Assembly (NCBI GenBank): GCA_013360445.1
Contig: JABWBP010000036.1
Coordinates: 322 to 64,321 of the forward strand
Direction of reading: 5' to 3'
Length of the DNA stretch: 64,000 nucleotides
Source of the DNA: Calditrichaceae bacterium
GTDB taxonomy: Bacteria > Calditrichota > Calditrichia > RBG-13-44-9 > J075
Below the pieces are notes generated by a model, which saw nothing but the letters and a program-made list of their open reading frames with translations, was not told where the DNA came from and made no database searches. Of this stretch, positions 46,682 to 55,073 are shown one piece after another (the stretch's first letter is position 1; every line of letters begins with the position of its first letter). Made by a program: the position numbers and the translations under genes.

Positions 46682-48133
46682 CTAAAATTGGAAATAGATG
46701 AATTCCGTATGGTTGAATACTCCGAAAAATACGATTCCCAGGATCAGGGCATAATAAATCGCCCAGCGGAACATGCGCGGCTGCCCCAGAACCAGGGTTT
46801 TGAGCTTGCCGGTTCGTTCCAGCAAATGGTAAACCTCTAACAGCAAGATAGACCCCAGGGCGATGAGCAATTCTCCCCAACCTAACGCCACGTTGATTGC
46901 CGCTAACCCGGCGGGAGAGAAATCCAGCCGGAGCAGGTTGCGGAGGATCAGGAAAGCCTCCGCGACGGAGTTGGCCCGGAAAAAGACCCAGGCGAAGCAG
47001 ACCAGGTGGAAGGTGAGGAAGATTTTCAAACCCCGCTGCAAGAGCGGAAATCGGTCGATCTTCAGCAGCCCGGCCATCGCCTCCCGGGCTTTTTGGGTCC
47101 AGATGGAAAAAACCAGGTAGAACCCGTGCAAAAATCCCCACAACGCAAAGGTCCAATTGGCCCCGTGCCACAAACCGCTTACCAGGAACACCGCCAAAAG
47201 GTTGAAATACCAGCGCGGCTTGCTCACCCGGTTTCCGCCCAGGGGAATGTAGAGATAATCCTTGAACCAGGAAGAAAGCGAGATGTGCCAGCGTTTCCAG
47301 AACTCGCTGATGGATTGGGAAAAGTAGGGCTGCCGGAAGTTTAGCATCAAATCGTAGCCCATGATCCGCGCGGTTCCGATGGCGATATCCGAATAGCCGG
47401 AAAAATCACAATAAATCTGAAAGGCGAAAAAGTAGGTCGCCAGGAGCAGGGTAAAGCCCTGGTACTCTCCCGGGGAGTTATACACCTGGTTGACGTAAAT
47501 CGCCAGGCGGTCGGCAATGACCACCTTCTTGAAAAATCCCCACAGCATCAGGCGCAGGCCGGAAATCAGGCGGTCGTAATCGAAACGCACCGTTCTATCG
47601 AGCTGGGGCAGCAAGCGCACCGAGCGCTCGATGGGGCCGGCCACTAATTGGGGAAAGAAGGCCACGTAGAGGGCAAAGGTGGTGAAGCGGCGTTCCGGCT
47701 CTTTTTCTCCCCGGTACACGTCGATGGTGTAACTCATGCTCTGGAAAGTGTAAAAAGAGATGCCCACCGGCAGCAGCCAGTCGAATCCGGAAAAGCCGTA
47801 AAAAATATTGAACTGCTGCAAAACCGCCCGGATGGATTCGTTGAAGAAGTTGGCATATTTGAACGCAAACAGGATGCCGAGGTTGGCGGCCAGGCTGAGA
47901 ATGAGGTATTTTGTGCGGGCGCTCTTTTCCGTGGTTTTACCCATCCGCAGGGCGGCGACATAGTCGATCAGGGTAGAGACCAGGATCAAAATGGCGTATT
48001 CCGCCTTCCAGCACATGTAAAAATAGTAGCTGGCCGCTAACAGAAAGACCTGGCGAAACCGCTGCGGCAGGGCGAAGAAAACCGCTACCACAACCGGAAA
48101 AAAGATCAGGAATTCTATGGAATTGAAGAGCAT
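46682..48133 (-). CDS. MBOAT O-acyltransferase (AlgI/DltB-like)
   Basis: MLFNSIEF, LPVGISFYTFQSMSY, FFPQLVAGPIER, QIYCDFSGYSDIA, FWKRWHISLSSW and SGLWHGANWTF. Confidence 0.95.
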   Translation of the reverse strand: MLFNSIEFLIFFPVVVAVFFALPQRFRQVFLLAASYYFYMCWKAEYAILILVSTLIDYVAALRMGKTTEKSARTKYLILSLAANLGILFAFKYANFFNESIRAVLQQFNIFYGFSGFDWLLPVGISFYTFQSMSYTIDVYRGEKEPERRFTTFALYVAFFPQLVAGPIERSVRLLPQLDRTVRFDYDRLISGLRLMLWGFFKKVVIADRLAIYVNQVYNSPGEYQGFTLLLATYFFAFQIYCDFSGYSDIAIGTARIMGYDLMLNFRQPYFSQSISEFWKRWHISLSSWFKDYLYIPLGGNRVSKPRWYFNLLAVFLVSGLWHGANWTFALWGFLHGFYLVFSIWTQKAREAMAGLLKIDRFPLLQRGLKIFLTFHLVCFAWVFFRANSVAEAFLILRNLLRLDFSPAGLAAINVALGWGELLIALGSILLLEVYHLLERTGKLKTLVLGQPRMFRWAIYYALILGIVFFGVFNHTEFIYFQF

Positions 48134-48156
48134 GGTTTTTTATAGCGTAGCCGTTT

Positions 48157-48265
48157 GCAGTAGGCAGTAGGCATTACGCAGTTGGCAGTGGATGGTGGAT
48201 AACAGGCAATTTTACTTTTATCTGCCCCTGCTACTGCCCACTGCCTACTGCCTATTGCCTACTAT
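48157..48265. repeat. Inverted pair of heptamer arrays (GCAGTAG / CTACTGC)
   Basis: gcagtaggcagtaggcattacgcagttggcagtgg ... ctgctactgcccactgcctactgcctattgcctactatt. The right arm includes the stop codon at 48245. Confidence 0.8.
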
Positions 48266-49405
48266 TTTCACCTTTCCGTTCATTTTGGAATGATAGAGGT
48301 TCCGATACAATTGCTCGTAACCGGAGACCGTGCTGCGCAAAGAGAACTTCTCCCGCACCCGCTCCAGGGCCTGGCGGGAAAATCTCCGGCGTAAATCTTC
48401 ATCGGCATAGAGGCGGTGCAGCTCGCCGGCCAAGGTCTGTTCATCCCCCACCGGGAAGAGCAGGCCGGTTTCCTGATGGTTGACCAGCTCCGGGTTGCCG
48501 CCGGTAGCGGTAGCGAGCACCGGCACGCCGCAGGCCTGGGCTTCTAAAATCACGTTGGAACATCCCTCGCTCACGGAGCTGAGCACAAAGACGTCGAACA
48601 TATTCAGCAGGGTTTCCGGGTCGGAGACCGGGGGAATGAACCGCACCTGCTCTTGCAGGCTCAATTGCGCGATCAATTCCTGGTAGCGGCGCTTCATTTC
48701 CTCTCCCGCGCTTCCCCCGCCCCCCACCAGCACCAATTTTGCCGCGGGTATTGTTTCCCGGAACCGCCGGAATGCTTTGATAAGGGTAAAATGGTCCTTC
48801 ACGGGATGAAAACGCCCCAGGGTGCCGACCACGAAGCTCCCCTCCAGCCCGTACTGTCGGCGATATTTTTCCCGGAATTCCGGGGAGGGATAGAAACGCA
48901 CGGGATCGATGCCGTTGTAGAGCACGGAGATATTATCCTTCCGGTAGCCGAAGGAGTCGCGCAGCTTCTTTTCCAGGTCCCCGGCCACCACCGTCACCGC
49001 GTCGAAGCGCTGCCAGAGGTATTTCTGAACCCGGTCTTTCATAAAAGAGCGCTCGAAGGTGCCGTGCTCCCCGTGAATGAGCGCCGGGATTTTCGCCAGC
49101 CGGGCGGCCAGGTAGCCTTCTAAGAGGGTGTTCCAGGAGTGGGTGTACACAATGTCGTAGCGGTTGCGCTTCAGAACCTCCGCCAGGCGGCGGGCGGTCT
49201 CCCAACTGTTGGCCGGGGTTCCTTGCAATTCGATGATGTTGAATTGCTCCACCGGGAGCAACTCCCGGTAGCGCACTCCCTGTAAGACGATGATGTCCAC
49301 TTCGAAGCGGGAGCGATCCATGCCGGAAACGATTTTCAGGACGCCCTGCTCTTTTCCGGCGGGACCGATGAAGTAGAGCAGGTGGGCGAGGTGGATTTTT
49401 TTCAT
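48245..49405 (-). CDS. Glycosyltransferase family 4 (resembles PEP-CTERM/XrtA-associated sugar transferase)
   Basis: IHGEHG, LYNGID, GRFHPVKDH, FVLSSVSEGCSNVILEAQACG and GGNPELV. Confidence 0.9.
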   Translation of the reverse strand: MKKIHLAHLLYFIGPAGKEQGVLKIVSGMDRSRFEVDIIVLQGVRYRELLPVEQFNIIELQGTPANSWETARRLAEVLKRNRYDIVYTHSWNTLLEGYLAARLAKIPALIHGEHGTFERSFMKDRVQKYLWQRFDAVTVVAGDLEKKLRDSFGYRKDNISVLYNGIDPVRFYPSPEFREKYRRQYGLEGSFVVGTLGRFHPVKDHFTLIKAFRRFRETIPAAKLVLVGGGGSAGEEMKRRYQELIAQLSLQEQVRFIPPVSDPETLLNMFDVFVLSSVSEGCSNVILEAQACGVPVLATATGGNPELVNHQETGLLFPVGDEQTLAGELHRLYADEDLRRRFSRQALERVREKFSLRSTVSGYEQLYRNLYHSKMNGKVKIVGNRQ

Positions 49406-49479
49406 AGAGGCGATTGATACGCGATGCTGGATGCCGGATAAATTTTTTGAACGAACGATTCACTATCCCTTTAGTCACT

Positions 49480-49605
49480 TCAGACTCTTCTGACTCTTCT
49501 GACTCTTCCGACTCTTCTGACTTTTCAGACTCTTCCGACTCTTCTGACTCTCCTGACTTTTCTGACTCTTCAGACTCTTCTGACTTTTCAGACTCTTCAG
49601 ACTCT
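49480..49605. repeat. 14 x 9-bp tandem repeat TCNGACTYT
   Basis: tcagactct tctgactct tctgactct tccgactct tctgacttt ... 14 units, just downstream of the FemAB-like stop. Confidence 0.92.
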
Positions 49606-49609
49606 TTCC

Positions 49610-50674
49610 TCAAGGAATATGCCGGATGATCCGCGGCCCCAATGTTTTGGTAACGCCCAGGGGCAGCTTCGCCCAAACCTTGATGGCCAGGGAGAATTTG
49701 CGGTTATCGGGATTCAATTCCGGCAATTTTTCCCCTTCCGGCAGCACGTACGCCCAACTGAGCGGGTGTTCCCGGGCGTTCCACTGCTTTTTGAACTGGT
49801 AGGTGCCGCTGCCCGGGGTGCAGCGCCCGAAATCGAACATCCGGCAGCCCTTTTTGATGGAGAGCTTCAGGGATTCCCAGTAGAGCATCATGTTGGGGCT
49901 GTAGCGATTGTATTCCCGCAAGGAGGAGGCCCAGGGAATCTCCATAATCCCCTTGTAGCGCAGCAGGAACGAAGCCGCCACCGCCAGCCCTTCCGGGGTG
50001 TAAACCGTGACGATGAAGGCGTCATCCGGAAAGGTTTGCAAAATCTCCCCGAAAAACCGTTGCGGGAGCACCGGCGTGCCCAACTCGCGCATATTGAGCG
50101 CGAAGACCCGGTAAAAATCATCGAGAAGCTCCGCCCCGCCGGTTCGGGCGTGCATATTTTCCTTCTCCGGGCGGCGAATCTGGCTGCGCAGCTTGGCCTT
50201 GAAGGAGTTGAACAGCGTCTCGCTGTCCGGGGGCAGGTCCAAGAAAAAGGTCACCTTATGGGATTTGGTCGGCAGCGCGGTCTCCACCGGGGCATCGAAG
50301 CGCAATTCGATGTAGTCGTACTTTCTTTCCGCCCGCAGGTTTATTAGAAAGCGGTTCAGGGGCGCGGCCAGGGCGGGATCGGAGAGCAGCGCCCCGCCGT
50401 AGTTGATAAAGGGAAGCGACACCGCGAAACGCCCGAACAGGAAGGAGTGGAACTCCGTCAACGGCAGTACCCCTTCGATTCCCTCGCCGTTGCGGATGAC
50501 GATGTAGAACGCCGGGTGGCCGAAGATTCGCCGAATCATCCGGCTCCATTGCGCCAGGTGATATATTTTTCCGCCCGGATGTTCTAAAACGAAGCGGTCC
50601 CATTCCGCCGGGGGAGTTTCGCAAACTTCGATATCGGTTTTCAGCAACGCTAAATTTTGATGTTCTGCAGCCAT
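49610..50674 (-). CDS. FemAB-related GNAT protein (XrtA/PEP-CTERM system-associated type)
   Basis: WDRFV, VSLPFINYGG, KAKLRSQIRR, NMRELGTPV, PNMMLYW, FDFGRC and FKKQW. Confidence 0.9.
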   Translation of the reverse strand: MAAEHQNLALLKTDIEVCETPPAEWDRFVLEHPGGKIYHLAQWSRMIRRIFGHPAFYIVIRNGEGIEGVLPLTEFHSFLFGRFAVSLPFINYGGALLSDPALAAPLNRFLINLRAERKYDYIELRFDAPVETALPTKSHKVTFFLDLPPDSETLFNSFKAKLRSQIRRPEKENMHARTGGAELLDDFYRVFALNMRELGTPVLPQRFFGEILQTFPDDAFIVTVYTPEGLAVAASFLLRYKGIMEIPWASSLREYNRYSPNMMLYWESLKLSIKKGCRMFDFGRCTPGSGTYQFKKQWNAREHPLSWAYVLPEGEKLPELNPDNRKFSLAIKVWAKLPLGVTKTLGPRIIRHIP

Positions 50675-51615
50675 TGTTTATTCTCGAAATACCATTTCAC
50701 CACCTTCTCCAGCCCCTCCTCGATGCGTACCGCGGGTCTCCACTTCAGCAACGCCCCGGTTTCGGTCAGGTCCGCCCAGGTGATGAGATTATCAGCGGGG
50801 TGGCGGGGCAGGAAATTCAGGGCGGCCTTTTTCTTCAATAATTCTTCCAGAATGCGGATCATTTTCAGCAATTCCATGGGGCGGTCGTTGCCGACGTTAA
50901 AAATGTTGAATCCCGGCAAATCCAGGCCGCGAATGGTTGCGTCGGCCACATCGTCGATGTAAGTAAAATCCCGCGCCTGTTTCCCGTCGCCGTAAACATC
51001 TATCGGATTGCCGCGCTCGATGGTGAGGATGAAGCGGAAATAGGACATGTCCGGCCGCCCGGCCGGGCCGTACACCGTAAAGTAGCGGGGAATGCTGATA
51101 TCCAGGCCATACAGGTAATGATACGTATGGCAGAGCGTCTCCGCAGCCTTTTTGGAAGCGGCGTAGGGAGAGAGGGGGGTGTCGGTGTGGTTGGTGACCT
51201 TGAATGGGGTCGGGGTATTCCCATACACACTGGAAGTAGAGGCCAGGACAAATTTTTTGATTCCCTGCTGCCGGGCGCATTCCAGGAGGTTGAGGGTTCC
51301 GGTGACGTTGGTGTCATAGTAGCTCCAGGGGTCCTCAACGCTGGCCCGCACCCCGGCGCGCGCCGCCAGGTTCAGCACCGCGTCGAATTTGTAGCCCTGG
51401 AACAACCGTTCCATGGCCGGGTAATCCGCCACGCTCTCTTTGAAGAACGTAAAATCTTCCGAAGCTTGCAGCTTCTTTAAGCGCCACTCCTTTAAACGGA
51501 TATCATAATAATTGTTGAGATCGTCCACCCCCACGACCCGGTGGCTCTGGTGTAACAATTTTTCGGCCACGCGGGAAGCAATAAACCCGGCGCAGCCGGT
51601 GATCAAATAATTCAT
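50650..51615 (-). CDS. NAD-dependent nucleotide-sugar epimerase (UDP-glucuronate 4-epimerase-like)
   Basis: TGCAGFIA, LAARAGVR, ASTSSVYG, SPYAASKK, FTVYGPAGRPDM and RDFTYIDD. Confidence 0.92.
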   Translation of the reverse strand: MNYLITGCAGFIASRVAEKLLHQSHRVVGVDDLNNYYDIRLKEWRLKKLQASEDFTFFKESVADYPAMERLFQGYKFDAVLNLAARAGVRASVEDPWSYYDTNVTGTLNLLECARQQGIKKFVLASTSSVYGNTPTPFKVTNHTDTPLSPYAASKKAAETLCHTYHYLYGLDISIPRYFTVYGPAGRPDMSYFRFILTIERGNPIDVYGDGKQARDFTYIDDVADATIRGLDLPGFNIFNVGNDRPMELLKMIRILEELLKKKAALNFLPRHPADNLITWADLTETGALLKWRPAVRIEEGLEKVVKWYFENKQWLQNIKI

Positions 51616-51933
51616 TTATGATTTCTCTTCTGCAAGGCAGGATTAATGCACGCTGATAAAACTACTCCGTATATCTCCGATTTTTTCGGTTTAAAGAGAT
51701 GCCATCACCCTACCCCGTTCGTTCCGCTTAAGATAAGAATGCCGGGCGAGAAGTAAACCCGGCATCGGTAAGGAGTGCATCATTTGTCGCGGGAAAGAAG
51801 CGGTATTCAGACCATTAATCCGCCGAACCGCTCCGGATTTGATACGAAATAAAACCAGCTAAAATACCGAACATCCCTCCCGGCAAAACCGGCTTTACGA
51901 CGCCATATACCCGGCGCTAATGCGACCGGGCTT

Positions 51934-54285
51934 TCAATAATTATAATAGGAATACTGGTAGCGCTCCTTTTTCATGTCCACTTTCACCATGTTCAACACC
52001 AGGCCCAGCATATTCTCGTGGATATTTCGATATTCCTGCAATTTACGGCTCAACTGTTCGATATTGGTATATTCCGCCCGCACCACCACCAGGATGCCGC
52101 CCACGCTGGTAGAGAGAATGGCCGCGTCCGAACTGGCCTGGAAAGGAGCGGTATCCAGGAGGAGCATCCCGAAGCGGGATTTGAGCACCTCCAATACGCT
52201 GCTCATCCGTTCCGACCCTAACATCTCCGTGGGGTTGGGAATGGGAGTTCCGGCAGTGATCATATAGAGATTAGGGATTATGGTTTTTTGGATCAATTTG
52301 CTGAGATTTTCATAATCCACGGTGGCTTTGGAGATCAGGAAATCGCTCAGGCCGGGCTTTTTCTTGTTTCCGAATACATTGTGCAAAACGCCCCGGCGCA
52401 AATCCCCGTCGATGAGCAGGGTGGAGATTTTTTGCTGCGCAAAGGTAATGGCAAGGTTGGAGGAGGTCAGGGATTTACCCTCCCCGGGGCGCAAACTGGT
52501 AACGATAAAAGAGGACAGCTCTTTATTCTCGTTCATGAAGAGCAGTTTGGTGCGCAAGTCCCGGTAGGATTCCGACTCCAGGGTAGGGGAATAATCCAGG
52601 GTGATCAATTTGGTATCGCGCTTGCCCTTGAGGTCTTTGATGTTTTCCGGCACTTCGCTATCGTTGTGAATTACCGGAATGCTTCCGATGACCGGCAGTT
52701 TCAGGCGGGTTTCTAAGTCTTCCGGGGTTTGCACGGTTTTGTCAAAAAATTCCCGCACAATCGCCAGTCCCAGGCCCAATCCCAACGCCAGGGCCAGCCC
52801 CAGGAGGGATTTTTTCAAGATCAGGGACAACCGGCTCTGCACCGGGGGCACCGGCGCGGGATCGAGGATGAAAACGTCCCCCACTTCTACTTCGGAATTG
52901 ATTTTGGCCTGGTTGTAGCGGGTCAGCACGGTCTCGAAGACGTTCCGCTTGACGCCCTGTTCCACCATCAATTCCGAGAGCTGCCGCTGCTTGAGAGGCA
53001 GGCGGGCGAGGTTTTGCTGCTCCGAGGAAATATTTTTCTCCAGATTCGAGGCGCGATCCATCAGCTTGGTCACATGCTCCCGGGCGGCGGTTTCCACTTT
53101 GGCAATCAAGGACTTGAATTTATTTTCGTTTTCGACAAATAAGAAATGGGTGGGCGCGTATTTGCCGGCCAGACCGTTCCGCTCCGTCATCAAGGCATTA
53201 AACTCCTGGTCAAATACCGAGGCCGTGGGGATTCCTTCGGCGCTGAGCAGGTAAGTAACCAGTTGCCGGGCTTGATCCAGCTGCTCGTTGAAGGAGGCGG
53301 CGTTCTCGGTGCGGGCGATCAGGTTTTTGAGATCGTTGATCTTCAGCCGCAGATCATTTTGGTTTTGTTGCAAGGTGGTGACCGGGGTTAGCGGTACTGC
53401 CGCGGTGACCTGGGGATTTATTTCCTGAAAGCGCTGCAAGCGCTGGTTGACCTCATCCAGATCCTGTTTGGCGACCTGCAACTGATCTTCGAGAATTTTC
53501 AGAATCTCATTCCCCTTGCGATTCTTAATACTCGAATCGAACTGCACAAACTTCTCCGCCAGGGTATTGGCGATCCGGGCGGCCATTTCCGGGGAGCCGC
53601 TGGTGGCGGAAATCGAGAGATTGGTGAGGGTTTTCCGATCCAGCCATTTATAAGAGATGCGGCTTTTCAAGCTCTTTATCGAAGAATCGAAATTTTTCAC
53701 ATTAAATTCCACCGCTTTAACCGGAAGCGATGACAGGTAAGGCGCGTTCACCTGAAAGGCGATGTGATGGATGCGCACCGTATCTTGCGCCCCGAACACC
53801 AGCAGCAACCGGTCTTTTACCTTTGTAGCCGGGTTGGAATAATACAATTCGTACTGCCCCCCTTTGGGCGCCACCCGGTAGAGACCGGGATCGCTCTCCG
53901 GGTTCACGTCCACAAAGCTGAAAAGTTTGTCCTTGCTAACCCCGGGGGTCACAATGGAAAAGTTCAGTTGCAGTTCCTGTACGATCTGCCCCAGGAGGCT
54001 GTTGGTTTCCAGAAAGGTGATCCGGCTGGCATTAACCGTCTGGCCCTTTTCTTCCACTGCGCTCATGGTGCGGGGGTTCTGGAAGTACAACAGCACGCTG
54101 GAGGAGTACACCGGGTAGCTATCGTACAGGCTCACGTATCCCAGCCAACCTAAAAAAACGGCTAAGAACGTTGTGGAAATCAGGATCTTGCGCCGTTTTA
54201 GAATGCGCAAATACTTCTTGATTTCATTTTCTCCCTCCGCAAAAGCGCCGTGCGGTTTTTTCATACCATTATTACTGAGATTCAT
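51934..54285 (-). CDS. wzc: Polysaccharide co-polymerase / BY tyrosine kinase
   Basis: Two TM segments with a coiled coil, ESYRDLRT, Walker A PGEGKS, LIDGDLRRG, LLDTAP and the Tyr-rich tail YQYSYYNY. Confidence 0.93.
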   Translation of the reverse strand: MNLSNNGMKKPHGAFAEGENEIKKYLRILKRRKILISTTFLAVFLGWLGYVSLYDSYPVYSSSVLLYFQNPRTMSAVEEKGQTVNASRITFLETNSLLGQIVQELQLNFSIVTPGVSKDKLFSFVDVNPESDPGLYRVAPKGGQYELYYSNPATKVKDRLLLVFGAQDTVRIHHIAFQVNAPYLSSLPVKAVEFNVKNFDSSIKSLKSRISYKWLDRKTLTNLSISATSGSPEMAARIANTLAEKFVQFDSSIKNRKGNEILKILEDQLQVAKQDLDEVNQRLQRFQEINPQVTAAVPLTPVTTLQQNQNDLRLKINDLKNLIARTENAASFNEQLDQARQLVTYLLSAEGIPTASVFDQEFNALMTERNGLAGKYAPTHFLFVENENKFKSLIAKVETAAREHVTKLMDRASNLEKNISSEQQNLARLPLKQRQLSELMVEQGVKRNVFETVLTRYNQAKINSEVEVGDVFILDPAPVPPVQSRLSLILKKSLLGLALALGLGLGLAIVREFFDKTVQTPEDLETRLKLPVIGSIPVIHNDSEVPENIKDLKGKRDTKLITLDYSPTLESESYRDLRTKLLFMNENKELSSFIVTSLRPGEGKSLTSSNLAITFAQQKISTLLIDGDLRRGVLHNVFGNKKKPGLSDFLISKATVDYENLSKLIQKTIIPNLYMITAGTPIPNPTEMLGSERMSSVLEVLKSRFGMLLLDTAPFQASSDAAILSTSVGGILVVVRAEYTNIEQLSRKLQEYRNIHENMLGLVLNMVKVDMKKERYQYSYYNY

Positions 54286-54310
54286 TGATCCCCTCGCGAT
54301 ATTTCTCGGA

Positions 54311-55048
54311 TTAGCGATTCACAGTGCGGTCATATATGGTTATATAGACAGCGACCAGAGACGCCACGGCGGTAATCGCTGTCAAAACGGTACGGGATTT
54401 TTCCCAGAATCCGGGTTTGGTGGGGGTTCGTACCCAAATTTGATCCCCGCTTCTGAAGCCGATTTCCCTGAGAGAGATGCCGGTTTGCAGGTAGGGAATC
54501 AACTCATTATCGATAGACCCGCCGTCTCGCTCCCAGCGCATATCTTTCAGGCCGTTCTCGTCCATGGTTCCCCCGACTTCATAGATCACTTCCCACAACG
54601 AGCGGTTCGCGTCAAAGTAATAAAAACCCGGCCGCGGCACTCCCCCTAACACGCTCAGGCGAATCATGGGCTTAACCTGGAGGTTGGGAAAGCGCAGATA
54701 ATCGCGGAAATTTTCGCGGATAAAATTAATAAACTCCGCTTCGGACATGTGGCTGATTTTGGCCTTTCCATAGATAGGCAATTCGACGAACCCGCGGTCG
54801 TCAATCGGAAAAATTCCGTTCAAAAACGAGGTGGTATCCGGCATGGTAGAAATAAGCACCCCGTCTCCCGGCACAAAAATCCTTCCCGCCGAGGTTTGCT
54901 CCTGGGGTGGGGTGGAGGCGGGGCGGTCATTATCGTTTGTATCGTCTTTTCCGGTTTCGCCGGCATAGCCGGTCGTCATCAACAGCAACCCACTCAACAA
55001 CAGGGCCAGGGGCTTCATCAGAAAATGGTGTCTAAACTGACTGATCAC
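54311..55048 (-). CDS. Polysaccharide export protein (Wza/SLBB-like)
   Basis: FVPGDGVLI, IDDRGFVELPIYG, SVLGGVPRPGFY, GDQIWV and a C-terminal amphipathic helix. GTG start with RBS GGAGG. Confidence 0.8.
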   Translation of the reverse strand: MISQFRHHFLMKPLALLLSGLLLMTTGYAGETGKDDTNDNDRPASTPPQEQTSAGRIFVPGDGVLISTMPDTTSFLNGIFPIDDRGFVELPIYGKAKISHMSEAEFINFIRENFRDYLRFPNLQVKPMIRLSVLGGVPRPGFYYFDANRSLWEVIYEVGGTMDENGLKDMRWERDGGSIDNELIPYLQTGISLREIGFRSGDQIWVRTPTKPGFWEKSRTVLTAITAVASLVAVYITIYDRTVNR

Positions 55049-55073
55049 TATAACCTCCGATATTTATGCTTTC

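Noticed and set aside
24326..49605. CRISPR array among the many repeats
   Set aside because: The units are 7-16 bp, degenerate and contiguous, with no 25-40 bp unique spacers and no cas genes.
48933..49676. Ser/Asp- or Glu/Ser-repeat proteins (ORFs 49414-49629 + and 48933-49676 -)
   Set aside because: These frames stay open only because of the 9-bp repeat, and they overlap the well-supported GT4 and/or FemAB genes.
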